In this document: piece by piece, positions 25,003-34,668 of the stretch
How the letters are laid out: every line of letters begins with the position of its first letter
Numbering within the stretch: position 1 is the first letter of the stretch
NCBI GenBank assembly: GCA_035456405.1
Contig: DATIDG010000034.1
Location: forward strand, 22,151-86,150
Source of the DNA: Burkholderiales bacterium
GTDB lineage: Bacteria; Pseudomonadota; Gammaproteobacteria; Burkholderiales; SG8-39
Direction: 5' to 3'
Length of the DNA stretch: 64,000 nt
Notes under the pieces: generated by a model
Databases searched by the model: none
What the model saw: the letters and a program-made list of their open reading frames with translations, nothing else
Told to the model about the DNA's origin: nothing
Program-made: the position numbers and the translations under genes

Positions 25003-25728
25003 GTGTGGAAGTACGCCGCGCCGAACCTGTTCTACCCGCTCGCCGGGAAGCTGATCCCGTGGTTCGCTATCGCGGCGACGGCGCTGTGCGCCATCGGGCT
25101 CTACATCGGGTTCTTCGTCGCGCCGACCGACGCGCAGCAGGGCGAGTCCTACCGGATCATCTTCATCCACGTGGCGGCGGCATGGATGTCAATGTTCCTC
25201 TACCTTGTCATGGCATTCTGGGCCGGCGTCGGCCTCGCGCTCAACACCCGGCTGTCGTCGATGATGGCGACCGCGATCGCGCCGACCGGCGCCATCATGA
25301 CTTTCGTCGCGTTGTGGAGCGGCGCGCTGTGGGGCCGGCCCACCTGGGGCACCTACTGGGTGTGGGACGCGCGGCTGACCTCCGAGCTGATCCTGCTGTT
25401 CCTGTATCTCGGCTTCATTGCGCTCCAGGCCGCGATCGACGATCCGCGCCGGGCGGACAAGGCGGGAGCGGTGTTGGCACTGGTCGGGGTGGTGAACGTC
25501 CCGATCATCTATTTCTCGGTCAAATGGTGGAACACCCTTCACCAGGGCGCCTCGGTGAGCCTCACCAAGGCGCCGACCATGGCTTCGACGATGCTCACCG
25601 GGATGCTGGTCATGGCGCTCGGGCTCTGGATGTACTCGATCGCAATCACCCTGGCGCGGGTACGGGCAATCATCCTCGAGCGCGAACGCCGTTCCGACTG
25701 GATCAAGGAACTGCCGGAGCGCGCCTGA
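25003..25728 (+). CDS. ccmC: Haem exporter/haem handling protein CcmC
   Basis: GTG at 25003 gives (M)WKYAAPNLFYPLAGKLIPWF, which aligns with the E. coli CcmC N-terminus. Trp-rich motif WGRPTWGTYWVWDARLTSE. The track start TTG at 24970 is an alternative. Confidence 0.9.
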   Translation: MWKYAAPNLFYPLAGKLIPWFAIAATALCAIGLYIGFFVAPTDAQQGESYRIIFIHVAAAWMSMFLYLVMAFWAGVGLALNTRLSSMMATAIAPTGAIMTFVALWSGALWGRPTWGTYWVWDARLTSELILLFLYLGFIALQAAIDDPRRADKAGAVLALVGVVNVPIIYFSVKWWNTLHQGASVSLTKAPTMASTMLTGMLVMALGLWMYSIAITLARVRAIILERERRSDWIKELPERA

Positions 25729-25729
25729 T

Positions 25730-25924
25730 ATGGTCTGGGGCGGCTGGGATAATTTCTGGGCGATGGGCGGGTATGCGCCATTCGTATGGGGTTCGTACGG
25801 CGTGACGGTCGCCGCACTGGCCTTGGAGATCTGGCTCGTCAGGGCGCGGTGGCGCCGGGCCCTGGCGGAGGCCGCGCGGATTCGGAAGCGGGGCAGGGAA
25901 AGCGGAATGAGACCAGCGGAATGA
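25730..25924 (+). CDS. ccmD: Haem exporter protein CcmD
   Basis: 64 aa with the [16 protein letters not shown] motif and a single TM helix. Confidence 0.8.
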   Translation: MVWGGWDNFWAMGGYAPFVWGSYGVTVAALALEIWLVRARWRRALAEAARIRKRGRESGMRPAE

Positions 25925-26370
25925 AACCGAGGCACAAGCGTGCGTTGCTGATCGGAATCGGGCTCGTCATCCTGGCGGGCGCGGTGACGCTCGTGCTCAC
26001 GGCGTTCCAGCAGAACCTGGTGTTCTTCTTCACGCCGTCGCAGGTGGCGGCGAACGAGGCGCCGGTCGGCAAGCCGTTCCGCATCGGCGGCATGGTGGAG
26101 ACGGGCAGCCTCAAGCGCGGCGGCGACGGGCTGACGGTGCAGTTCAAGGTGACCGACACGGCGAAATCCGTCCAGGTCAAGTACACCGGCATCCTCCCCG
26201 ACCTCTTCAGGGAGGGGAAGGGCGTGGTCGCGCAGGGACGGCTCGGGCCCGACGGCGTGTTCCAGGCAACCGAGGTGCTCGCGAAGCACGACGAGAACTA
26301 CATGCCGCCCGAGGCGGCGCACGCGCTGGAGCAGGGCGCCAAGGCGCAGAAGACGATCAGGACCAATTGA
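25921..26370 (+). CDS. ccmE: Haem chaperone CcmE
   Basis: ATGA overlap with ccmD. N-terminal anchor, [12 protein letters not shown], and the haem-binding AKHDENYMP motif. Confidence 0.9.
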   Translation: MKPRHKRALLIGIGLVILAGAVTLVLTAFQQNLVFFFTPSQVAANEAPVGKPFRIGGMVETGSLKRGGDGLTVQFKVTDTAKSVQVKYTGILPDLFREGKGVVAQGRLGPDGVFQATEVLAKHDENYMPPEAAHALEQGAKAQKTIRTN

Positions 26371-26380
26371 GGTTGCGACC

Positions 26381-28363
26381 GTGATTCCCGAGATCGGCCA
26401 GTTCGCCCTGATCCTCGCGCTGCTGCTCGCCCTCGTGCAGGGCACGCTGCCGATCGCCGGGGCGCAACGGGGCGTCGCGAGCTGGATGGCGCTCGCCCGC
26501 CCGGCGGCGCAGGGGCAGTTCCTCTTCGTCGCGGTTGGGTTCGCGTGCCTCGCCTACTCGTTCGTTACGAACGATTTCTCGGTCGTCAACGTCGCGACGC
26601 ATTCGAACTCGAAGCTGCCGGTCCATTACCGGTTCGCCGCAACCTGGGGCTCGCACGAGGGGTCGCTCCTGCTGTGGGTCCTGATGCTCACCGTGTGGAC
26701 GGTGGCCGTGACGCGGTTCAGCCGCCACCTGCCGCAGGAGATGGTGGCACGCGTGCTCGGCGTGATGGGGCTGGTCAACGTCGGGTTCCTCCTCTTCATG
26801 CTCACGACCTCGAACCCGTTCGAGCGCCTCTTCCCGGCCGCCGCCGACGGGCGCGACCTCAACCCGCTGCTGCAGGACCCGGGCATGGTGTTCCATCCGC
26901 CGATGCTCTACATGGGCTACGTCGGCTTCTCGGTGGCGTTCGCATTCGCAATCGCGGCGCTTTTGGGCGGCCGGCTCGACTCCACGTGGGCGCGGTGGTC
27001 GCGGCCATGGACCACCGCCGCTTGGTGCTTCCTCACCCTCGGCATCATGATCGGGAGCTGGTGGGCGTACTACGAGCTCGGCTGGGGCGGGTGGTGGTTC
27101 TGGGACCCGGTCGAGAACGCCTCGTTCATGCCGTGGCTCGTCGGGACCGCGCTGGTGCACTCGCTCGCCGTCACCGACAAGCGCGGGAGCTTCAAGGCCT
27201 GGACCGTCCTGCTCGCGATCTGCGCGTTCTCGCTGTCGCTGCTCGGCACCTTCCTCGTGCGCTCGGGCGTGCTCACCTCGGTGCACGCGTTCGCGACCGA
27301 CCCGCGGCGCGGGGTCTTCATCCTCGCGTTCCTCGCGGTCGTCATCGGCGGTTCGCTCGCGCTCTTCGCCGCTCGCGCGCCGAAGGTCGCCGCGGGCGGG
27401 AAGTTCGACCTGGTGTCGCGCGAATCGATGTTGCTGGTGAACAACGTGCTGCTCATCGTCGCCGCCGGATCTGTGCTGCTCGGGACGCTGTACCCGCTCT
27501 TCCTCGATGCGCTGAGCGGGGGCACGACGAAGATCTCGGTCGGCCCGCCGTACTTCGAGGCGGTGTTCGTCCCGATCATGACGGCGCTCGTGTTCCTGAT
27601 GGGCGTCGGTCCGCTCGCGCGCTGGAAGGAGGCGCGCCTGCCCGACCTGTGGACCCGCCTCAAGTGGGCGCTTGGCGTCAGCCTGGCGACGGCGCTGTGC
27701 CTGCCGCTCGTCGCAGGCTCGTGGAAGCCGCTCGTGAGCTTCGGGCTCCTGCTCGCGCTGTGGGTCGTCGCGTCGACGTTCGTCAACGTGAAGGAGCGCA
27801 TCCGCAACCTCCGCGGCGGGCTCGCGGCGCGGCTCGCCAGCCAGCCCCGCGGCTACTGGGGCATGACGCTCGCGCACCTCGGCATCGCGGTGTTCATCGT
27901 CGGCGTGACGCTGGTGAAGGGCTACGAGACCGAGCGCGACGTGCGCATGGCGGTCGGCGACACGGTACAGGTCGGCGGATACGTGTTCCGCTTCGACGGC
28001 GTGCGCGACGTACCCGGCCCGAACTACCATGCCTCGCGCGGCGCGGTCGACGTGAGCAGGGAGGGCAAGTCGATCGAGACGCTGCACCCGGAGAAGCGCG
28101 TCTACACCGCGCAGCAGATGCCGATGACCGAGGCGGCGATCGACTCGGGCTTCTTCGGCGACATCTACGTGTCGCTCGGCGACCCGGTGGGCGACGGCTC
28201 GTGGGCGGTGCGCGTGTACCACAAGCCGTTCGTCACCTGGATCTGGTTCGGCTGCATCTTGATGGCGCTCGGCGGGTTCATCGCGCTCACGGACCGGCGC
28301 TACCGAATTCGCGCCGCGCAGGAAGCCGGGCTCGCGAGCGGCGCCGCGACGCAGGCCGGCTGA
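26381..28363 (+). CDS. ccmF: Cytochrome c haem lyase subunit CcmF
   Basis: 660 aa, multi-TM, starting (M)IPEIGQ. WGGWWFWDPVENASFMPW tryptophan-rich motif. Confidence 0.95.
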   Translation: MIPEIGQFALILALLLALVQGTLPIAGAQRGVASWMALARPAAQGQFLFVAVGFACLAYSFVTNDFSVVNVATHSNSKLPVHYRFAATWGSHEGSLLLWVLMLTVWTVAVTRFSRHLPQEMVARVLGVMGLVNVGFLLFMLTTSNPFERLFPAAADGRDLNPLLQDPGMVFHPPMLYMGYVGFSVAFAFAIAALLGGRLDSTWARWSRPWTTAAWCFLTLGIMIGSWWAYYELGWGGWWFWDPVENASFMPWLVGTALVHSLAVTDKRGSFKAWTVLLAICAFSLSLLGTFLVRSGVLTSVHAFATDPRRGVFILAFLAVVIGGSLALFAARAPKVAAGGKFDLVSRESMLLVNNVLLIVAAGSVLLGTLYPLFLDALSGGTTKISVGPPYFEAVFVPIMTALVFLMGVGPLARWKEARLPDLWTRLKWALGVSLATALCLPLVAGSWKPLVSFGLLLALWVVASTFVNVKERIRNLRGGLAARLASQPRGYWGMTLAHLGIAVFIVGVTLVKGYETERDVRMAVGDTVQVGGYVFRFDGVRDVPGPNYHASRGAVDVSREGKSIETLHPEKRVYTAQQMPMTEAAIDSGFFGDIYVSLGDPVGDGSWAVRVYHKPFVTWIWFGCILMALGGFIALTDRRYRIRAAQEAGLASGAATQAG

Positions 28364-28374
28364 AGGACCGCACC

Positions 28375-28902
28375 ATGAATCGCTTCACGATCCCGCTGGC
28401 CGTCTTCGTCGTCATCCTGGCGTTCCTGTTCGTCGGTCTCGGGCTCAACCCGCGCGAAGTGCCGTCGCCGCTCATCGGCAAGCCCGCGCCCGCGTTCCAG
28501 CTCGCGCAGCTGCACGCGCCAGAGCGCGTGTTCACGCAGAAGGACATGGAGGGCCAGGTCTGGCTGCTGAACGTGTGGGCGTCGTGGTGCGTCTCCTGTC
28601 GCGACGAGCATCCGCTGCTCGTGCAGCTCGCCAGGGCGAAGACGGTGCCGCTGGTCGGGCTCAATTACAAGGACAAACCCGACGAGGCGAAGGCGTGGCT
28701 CAAGCAGTTCGGCGACCCGTACCAGCTCTCGATCAGCGACCTGCAGGGCCGCGTCGGCATCGACTACGGCGTCTACGGCGTGCCCGAGACGTTCGTGATC
28801 GACAAGGCCGGGGTGATCCGCCACAAGCACATCGGCCCGATCACGCCGGACGCGCTCGAGAAGAAGATCCTCCCGCTCGTGAAGGACCTCCAGAGATCGT
28901 GA
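28375..28902 (+). CDS. ccmG: Thiol:disulfide oxidoreductase CcmG/DsbE
   Basis: N-terminal anchor, WASWCVSCRDEHP (CXXC) and GVYGVPETFVID. Confidence 0.9.
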   Translation: MNRFTIPLAVFVVILAFLFVGLGLNPREVPSPLIGKPAPAFQLAQLHAPERVFTQKDMEGQVWLLNVWASWCVSCRDEHPLLVQLARAKTVPLVGLNYKDKPDEAKAWLKQFGDPYQLSISDLQGRVGIDYGVYGVPETFVIDKAGVIRHKHIGPITPDALEKKILPLVKDLQRS

Positions 28903-29363
28903 CGCGATTCCTGCTTGCGCTCCTCGTCGCGGCCGCGCCGCTCCTGGCCCCGGCCAAGGACGCGGTGCCGACCGAGCAGGACCCGGTCGCTGCGAAGCGC
29001 GCCGTGGCGCTCTCCGAGCAGCTCCGCTGCCTCGTCTGCCAGAACCAGTCGATCGCGGAGTCGAACGCGGAGCTGGCCGTCGACCTGCGCCGGCAGATCA
29101 ACGAGCAGATCGCCTCGGGCAGGAGCGACGCGGAGATCGTGGACTTCATGGTGCAGCGCTACGGCGACTTCGTGCTCTACCGTCCGCCGTTTAAGGCGAG
29201 CACCGTGCTCCTGTGGCTCGGCCCGGCGGTGCTGCTGGTGCTTGGCCTCTGGGCGCTGCGGCGCGTGTTGCGGATCCGCCAGCGCGCCGGAGAGGAGCGG
29301 CCGCTCTCCGAGGACGATCGGGCACGCGCCGAGCGGCTGCTCGGCGGAGAGCCGCCCAAGTGA
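28899..29363 (+). CDS. ccmH: Cytochrome c-type biogenesis protein CcmH
   Basis: GTGA overlap with ccmG. LRCLVCQNQSIAESNA (LRCXXC) motif and a C-terminal TM helix. Confidence 0.85.
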   Translation: MTRFLLALLVAAAPLLAPAKDAVPTEQDPVAAKRAVALSEQLRCLVCQNQSIAESNAELAVDLRRQINEQIASGRSDAEIVDFMVQRYGDFVLYRPPFKASTVLLWLGPAVLLVLGLWALRRVLRIRQRAGEERPLSEDDRARAERLLGGEPPK

Positions 29364-30592
29364 TCGCGTTCGCGCTGATCGCCACCGGCATGGCGGCCGT
29401 CGCGGTGGCGTGGATTCTCGTCCCGCTGCTGCGGAGCCGCGGCGCCGGCGGCGTCGACCGCGACGCCTCCAATGTGGCGATCCTGCGCGACCAGCTCGCC
29501 GACCTCCAGGCCGACCTCGCGCGCGGCGCGATCGGCCCTGTGCAGTTCGAGCAGGCCAGGCGCGAGCTCGAGCGCCGCGTCCTAGACGAAGTGTCCGCAG
29601 CCCCGGACGCGGCCACGGTGCAGCGCGGGACGCCTTGGGCGGCGGCCGTGCTCGCCGGCCTGGTCCCGGTCGTCGCCGTGCTGCTCTATCTCTTCATCGG
29701 CACGCCGGACGCGCTCGGCCCGCAGGCGCGGGCCGGCGGCGCGGAGGGCGGCCACGAGGTCACGCGCGAGCAGGTCGAGAAGATGGTCGCGGACCTCGCC
29801 GCGCGCCTGGAGCGGGAGCCGGACAACGTCAATGGCTGGGTCGTCCTCGCGCGCTCCTATTACGTGATGAACCGATTCGACGACGCCGCAAGAGCCTACG
29901 AGCGCGCCGTGACGCTCGTGCCTAACGATCCGGATCTGCTCGCGGACTACGCCGACACGCTCGCCGTCACCACCGGGGGCAACTTGAGCGGCAAGCCACT
30001 CGAGCTCGCCAGGCGGGCGCTCGCAGCCGATCCGACGCACTGGAAGGCCCTCGCGCTGGTCGGGACGGAGGCGTTCAATCGCAAGGACTACGAGTCGGCG
30101 ATCCAGTACTGGGAGAAGCTGAAGGCGACCGCGCCGCCAGGCTCGCCGATCGCCCAGTCGATCGACGCGAGCATCGCGGAAGCGCGCGAGCTGGGCGGAA
30201 TGAAGGTCGCGGCAAAGCCTCCCGCGCAGGCCGCCGCCGCCCCGGCCGGGGGCCGCGTCGCGGGCAAGGTCGACCTGAGCCCCGGGCTGAAGGGCAAGGT
30301 CGCGCCGACCGACACCGTGTTCGTCTTCGCGCGCGCGGCCGAGGGACCGCGGATGCCGCTCGCGATCCTCCGCAGGCAGGTCAAGGATCTGCCGTTCGAG
30401 TTCGCGCTCGACGACTCGATGGCGATGGCGCCGAACATGAAGCTCTCCAGCTTTCCCGACGTGGTGGTCGGCGCCCGCGTGTCCCGTTCGGGCAACGCGA
30501 CGCCGCAGAGCGGCGACCTCGAGGGGCTTTCGAAGCCGGTGAAGGTCGGGGCGAGCGGCATTGCGGTCGTGATCGACAGCGCGCTTCCCTGA
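29360..30592 (+). CDS. ccmI: Cytochrome c biogenesis TPR protein CcmI/CycH
   Basis: GTGA overlap with ccmH. Two N-terminal TM helices, then TPR-like repeats (GWVVLARSYYVMNRFDDAARAYERAV). Confidence 0.8.
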   Translation: MIAFALIATGMAAVAVAWILVPLLRSRGAGGVDRDASNVAILRDQLADLQADLARGAIGPVQFEQARRELERRVLDEVSAAPDAATVQRGTPWAAAVLAGLVPVVAVLLYLFIGTPDALGPQARAGGAEGGHEVTREQVEKMVADLAARLEREPDNVNGWVVLARSYYVMNRFDDAARAYERAVTLVPNDPDLLADYADTLAVTTGGNLSGKPLELARRALAADPTHWKALALVGTEAFNRKDYESAIQYWEKLKATAPPGSPIAQSIDASIAEARELGGMKVAAKPPAQAAAAPAGGRVAGKVDLSPGLKGKVAPTDTVFVFARAAEGPRMPLAILRRQVKDLPFEFALDDSMAMAPNMKLSSFPDVVVGARVSRSGNATPQSGDLEGLSKPVKVGASGIAVVIDSALP

Positions 30593-30614
30593 GCGCGCCA
30601 CGACCGCTGCGTCC

Positions 30615-31991
30615 ATGGACTGCGACGTCGTCGTCGTCGGCGCGGGCGTGTCCGGTCTCGCGACGGCCTTCGACCTGCAGGGTCGCGGCCACGCGGTGCG
30701 CATCCTCGAGGCCGCGCCGCGCGCGGGCGGGGTCATCGCCTCGCGCCGGCGCGACGGCGCCCTGTACGAGACCGGCCCCAACAGCACGCTCGACACCACG
30801 CCGCTGATCGGCGAGCTGCTCGATGCGGCAGGGGTCGCGGCCGAGCGTCTCGATGCGACCGCCGCGGCTGCGAAGCGCTACGTCGTGCGCGCGGGGCGGC
30901 TCGTGGCATTGCCCGCATCGCCCGGCGCATTCCTCGCGACGCCCCTCTTTTCGCTGCGCGCGAAGCTCGCGCTCGCGCGCGAACCGTTCGTCGCGCCGGC
31001 CCCGCCGGGACGCGAGGAGTCGGTCGCGGTGTTCGTCCGTCGGCGGCTCGGCACCGAGTTCCTCGAGTACGCGATCGAGCCGTTCGTCGCCGGCGTTTAC
31101 GCGGGCGACCCGGAGCGGCTCTCGGTGCAGGCGGCGTTTCCACGGCTGCATGCCCTAGAGCAGCGCTACCGCAGCCTCATCCGCGGCCAGATTCTCGGCG
31201 CGCGCGAGCGCGCTCGCGACCGCGAGAGGTCGAAGAGCACCGCGGCGAGCTTCTCGTTCCGGGACGGCATGCAGACGCTCACCGATGCGCTCGCACGCGG
31301 GCTGCATGGACTCGAGACCGGCACCCGCGTCACGCGCCTCGGCAAGGACGAGAACGGATTGTTCGAGGTCGAGGGCGAGCGGAGCGGTGGGCGCGTCGCG
31401 GCGCGATCGCGCGCCGTGGTGCTCGCAGTGCCGGCGGATGCGGCCGCGAGCCTCGTGCGGCCGGCCGCCCCCGGGGCAGCCGCTGCGCTCGATGCGATCC
31501 CGTACGCGCCGGTCGCCGTCGTGGCCTCGGTGTACCGCCGGGCAGACGTGCGGCATCCGCTCGACGGATTCGGCTTCCTGTGTCCGCGCAAGGAGGGCCG
31601 GTCGATTCTCGGCACGCTCTTCTCGAGCAGCATGTTCGACGGCCGCGCGGACGCGGACAGCGCGCTGCTGACCACGTTCGTCGGTGGGGCCCGCAAGCCG
31701 GAGCTCGCTCGGTCGGGCCCCGACGAGATCGCGAAGGAGGTGGAGCGGGAGCTTGAGGTGCTGCTCGGTGCGACGTCGCCCCGGTGGCGCGAGGTGATCC
31801 AGTGGCCGCGCGCCATTCCCCAGTACACGCTCGGACATCTCGGGCGCATCGCCACCGTCGAGCAGGCCGAGGCCGCCGTGCCGGGCCTCTTCTTCCGCTC
31901 GAACTACCGCGGCGGCGTGTCGGTGGGGGATTGCATCAAGTCTGCCCACGCCGGCGCCGCCGCCGTATCGGCGTTCCTCGCGGCCGGGTAG
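30615..31991 (+). CDS. hemY: HemY-type protoporphyrinogen/coproporphyrinogen oxidase (FAD)
   Basis: DVVVVGAGVSGLATAF dinucleotide fold, GGVI....DGALYETGPNS, FVAGVYAGDPERLS and C-terminal NYRGGVSVGDCI. Confidence 0.85.
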   Translation: MDCDVVVVGAGVSGLATAFDLQGRGHAVRILEAAPRAGGVIASRRRDGALYETGPNSTLDTTPLIGELLDAAGVAAERLDATAAAAKRYVVRAGRLVALPASPGAFLATPLFSLRAKLALAREPFVAPAPPGREESVAVFVRRRLGTEFLEYAIEPFVAGVYAGDPERLSVQAAFPRLHALEQRYRSLIRGQILGARERARDRERSKSTAASFSFRDGMQTLTDALARGLHGLETGTRVTRLGKDENGLFEVEGERSGGRVAARSRAVVLAVPADAAASLVRPAAPGAAAALDAIPYAPVAVVASVYRRADVRHPLDGFGFLCPRKEGRSILGTLFSSSMFDGRADADSALLTTFVGGARKPELARSGPDEIAKEVERELEVLLGATSPRWREVIQWPRAIPQYTLGHLGRIATVEQAEAAVPGLFFRSNYRGGVSVGDCIKSAHAGAAAVSAFLAAG

Positions 31992-32019
31992 CCGCTCGGC
32001 CTTCGCGCAAGGCGACGCG

Positions 32020-32242
32020 GTAGATGACGAAGTAGACCGCGGCGACGAGCCCTGCGCCGCCCACGGAGAGCGCCGGGTCCGCTGCGACGATCACGCAGTA
32101 GAGCGCCCCGAGCCCGATGAAACCGCCCGCGAGCACCGCGAGCATGAACACCGCAAGCGCAGGCAGGCGCGCCTTTGTGACGCCGATGGTCTCCACCTTT
32201 TTCGGCGACCTGCTTGGGCGAGTACGCGTCGAGCTCGAACAT
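32020..32242 (-). pseudogene. Truncated, frameshifted remnant of a formate/nitrite transporter (FNT) family gene
   Basis: ATG at 32242 gives MFELDAYSPKQVAEK. After an A5 run (32198-32202) the homology continues in another frame (VETIGVTKARLPALAVFMLAVLAGGFIGLGALY...), like the FocA/NirC N-terminus. Only about 75 codons remain before the hemY 3' end. The left boundary is approximate. Confidence 0.5.
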
Positions 32243-32288
32243 GGCCGGGAAATTTCGCTCCGCGATCTGACAGGTTGATGACGCGTCG

Positions 32289-33830
32289 TCAGCCGCGCCC
32301 GGTCTCCGCCGCGAGCAGGGCGCGCAGCTCGGTCTTGAGCACCTTGCCGTAATTGTTCTTCGGCAGGCTGTCGACGAAGCAGTACGACTTCGGCCGCTTG
32401 AAGCGCGCAATGCTCGCGAGGCAGAGCGCATCGAGCTCCTGCTCGCTTGCATGGCCACCCGCGCGTTGCACGACGAACGCGACGACTTCCTCGCCCCACT
32501 CCGGGTGCGGTCGGCCGACGACGCAGACCTCGCGCACGTCCGGATGTCGGAGCAGCACTTCCTCCACCTCGCGCGGGTAGATATTCGAGCCGCCGCTGAT
32601 GATGAGGTCCTTGGAGCGGTCGATCAGCGTGAGGAAGCCGTCCGGGTCGAGCGCGCCGACGTCGCCCGTGTGCAGCCAGCCGCCCTGCAGCGTCGCGGCA
32701 GTGGCCTCGGGGTTGCGCCAGTAGCCCTTCATGACCGCGTCGCCGCGCACCAGGACCTCGCCAGGCTCATCAGGCGGGAGCGGTTGATCCCGCTCGCCCG
32801 CGACTCGGACCTCGACGCACGACTGCGCGACACCGACCGACGCGAGCCGATGCGCGTGGCGCGGGTGGGCCGCATCGGCGTGGTGGTGCCGCGACAGGGC
32901 GGTGATCGTCATCGGGCTCTCGCCCTGGCCGTAGATCTGCACGAAACGCTGGCCCATCGCCGCCAGCGCGTCCTCGATGTCGGCGAGGTACATCGGCCCG
33001 CCGCCGTAGACGACGCTCTTGAGTCCGTCGAGCGGCGGGCGGGCCGCGCGTGCGTGATCCACGAGCCGTTTCACCATCGTCGGTGCTGCGAACATCGCAA
33101 CGCCGCGCCAGGCGCTCGTCAGCGCGAAGATCTCCGGTGGATCGAAACCCCCGCTCTCGGGGATCACCTGCACCGCCGCCGCCGCGACGTGCGGCGCGCC
33201 GTAGATCCCCGACCCGTGCGACATCGGCGCCGCGTGGACGATCGCGTCGCCGGGCGCGATCTTGTCCACATCGGCGAAGTAGCAGAGGGTCATTGCGAGC
33301 AGGTTGCGGTGCGTCAGCATCACGCCCTTCGGCCGCCCGGTGGTGCCGCTCGTATAGAAGAGCCAGGCGAGGTCGTCGGGCGCGGCATCCGCCGGCCGGG
33401 GCTCGGCATCCCCCACGAGTCGCCGGTACTCGTCGCTCTCGACCGCGATCACGTGCTCCAGCCCGGTGACCGCGCCGCGCAGCGCGCCGACTGCCGCCGC
33501 ATGGTCGGCAGTGACGAAGCACACCCGCGTGCCCGAGTGCTCGAGGATGTACTCGGCCTCCTTCGGATGCAGCTTCGCGTTGATCGGCACGACGGCGAGA
33601 CCCGCCCACCATGCCGCCCAGAAGAGCTCCACGTACTCCGGGCTGTTAGCCATGAACAGCCCGACCCGGTCTCCGGGCGCGAGTCCGAGCCGACCGCGCA
33701 GTCCTGCGGCCAGGGCGGCGCAGCGGGCGGCCAGGTGGCGGTAGTCGGCGACGACGCGCTCGCCGCGCGCCAGCGCGGGCGAATCAGGGAAGACGCGCGC
33801 CGAGCGTACGAGAAGGTTGGCGAGATTCAC
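32289..33830 (-). CDS. AMP-dependent acyl-CoA synthetase/ligase
   Basis: 513 aa with LFYTSGTTGRPKGV, YGQGESP, GWLHTGD and IISGGSNIYPREVE motifs. GTG start. Confidence 0.85.
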   Translation of the reverse strand: MNLANLLVRSARVFPDSPALARGERVVADYRHLAARCAALAAGLRGRLGLAPGDRVGLFMANSPEYVELFWAAWWAGLAVVPINAKLHPKEAEYILEHSGTRVCFVTADHAAAVGALRGAVTGLEHVIAVESDEYRRLVGDAEPRPADAAPDDLAWLFYTSGTTGRPKGVMLTHRNLLAMTLCYFADVDKIAPGDAIVHAAPMSHGSGIYGAPHVAAAAVQVIPESGGFDPPEIFALTSAWRGVAMFAAPTMVKRLVDHARAARPPLDGLKSVVYGGGPMYLADIEDALAAMGQRFVQIYGQGESPMTITALSRHHHADAAHPRHAHRLASVGVAQSCVEVRVAGERDQPLPPDEPGEVLVRGDAVMKGYWRNPEATAATLQGGWLHTGDVGALDPDGFLTLIDRSKDLIISGGSNIYPREVEEVLLRHPDVREVCVVGRPHPEWGEEVVAFVVQRAGGHASEQELDALCLASIARFKRPKSYCFVDSLPKNNYGKVLKTELRALLAAETGRG

Positions 33831-34094
33831 CGGCCCTGTCTGTGCAGCGTCGTGGCAGCGCGCCTCGATGGCTGGACGGGGACCCGCCGGAAAGCCGCAT
33901 TCATCGGGGCTACGCCTCCTCCTGCCGGTGCGCCAACTCGGCGCCGTGGCGCGATTCTAGAGTGTGAGTCGCGCCGAGGGGGCGGTCTAAGGGCGTTCCC
34001 CTGATCGCGCTGGACCGGTCCGGGACCGACCGGAGGAGGGAGGAGGATTGCCGGCCGGTCGCCGACCCCGATCCAGCGCGGGGGGAAAGGGTCA

Positions 34095-34117
34095 CCCGGC
34101 CCGCCGCGCGGGCCGGG
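34095..34117 (-). terminator. GC-rich hairpin after the 34126-34485 gene (terminator-like, weak U-tract)
   Basis: cccggcccgc-cgc-gcgggccggg, a 10-bp stem. On the minus strand it is followed by tgacccTTTcccc. Confidence 0.35.
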
Positions 34118-34125
34118 GTCAATGG

Positions 34126-34485
34126 TCAGATGCGGGCGACGTAGCCGTCGCGCTCGAGCCTGCGCATGCGGGCTTCGAGGTCGGCCAGGTTCTCGGCCTT
34201 GGCGAGGTACGCCTCGTCCCGCGCGAGCCGACCCTTGTCGAGCCAGGCCTCGAAGCGCTCCCACACCCGACCGAACAGGGCGGCAATGTAGGCGGCGCGC
34301 ATCGCTCGTGCGCGGGCCTCGACCTCGGCCACGTTGAGCTCGAACACGGTTTCGGGCTTGGACTCGACCCGCTCCGGCGCCACCTTCGCCTCGGGCTCAG
34401 GGGCATCCGGCACGTCACCCAGGCCGAACGCCGGTCCGGACCGGATCACGCTGTCACCTTCGTATAGAGGGGCATCGAATCTCAT
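34126..34485 (-). CDS. Hypothetical protein with a C-terminal helical region
   Basis: ORF in the track. Likely start is MRFDAPLYEG at 34485. Acidic/Pro-rich middle, then a helical AYIAALFGRVWERFEAWL...LEARMRRLERDGY tail. No family recognised by eye. Confidence 0.5.
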   Translation of the reverse strand: MRFDAPLYEGDSVIRSGPAFGLGDVPDAPEPEAKVAPERVESKPETVFELNVAEVEARARAMRAAYIAALFGRVWERFEAWLDKGRLARDEAYLAKAENLADLEARMRRLERDGYVARI

Positions 34486-34558
34486 CTCAAACTCCTTGAT
34501 CCCAATGCATTGTTGCATTGCACGATGGCAAGATATAGCCTCTGCACCAGGGCTTCAA

Positions 34559-34573
34559 ATCGCATGTTTGGAT
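34559..34573 (+). promoter_or_regulatory. Candidate LysR-type T-N11-A box (ATC-N9-GAT dyad)
   Basis: atcgcatgtttggat, in the divergent region about 95 nt upstream of the LysR gene. Confidence 0.25.
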
Positions 34574-34668
34574 CGGTCCGATCAGCCCCGGCTATATTGT
34601 GTCCAAATTCACGCTGCGTCGCACAACGACGCCCGTGAAATCAAAGGGTTGACGGGGAGCAGGGACTA

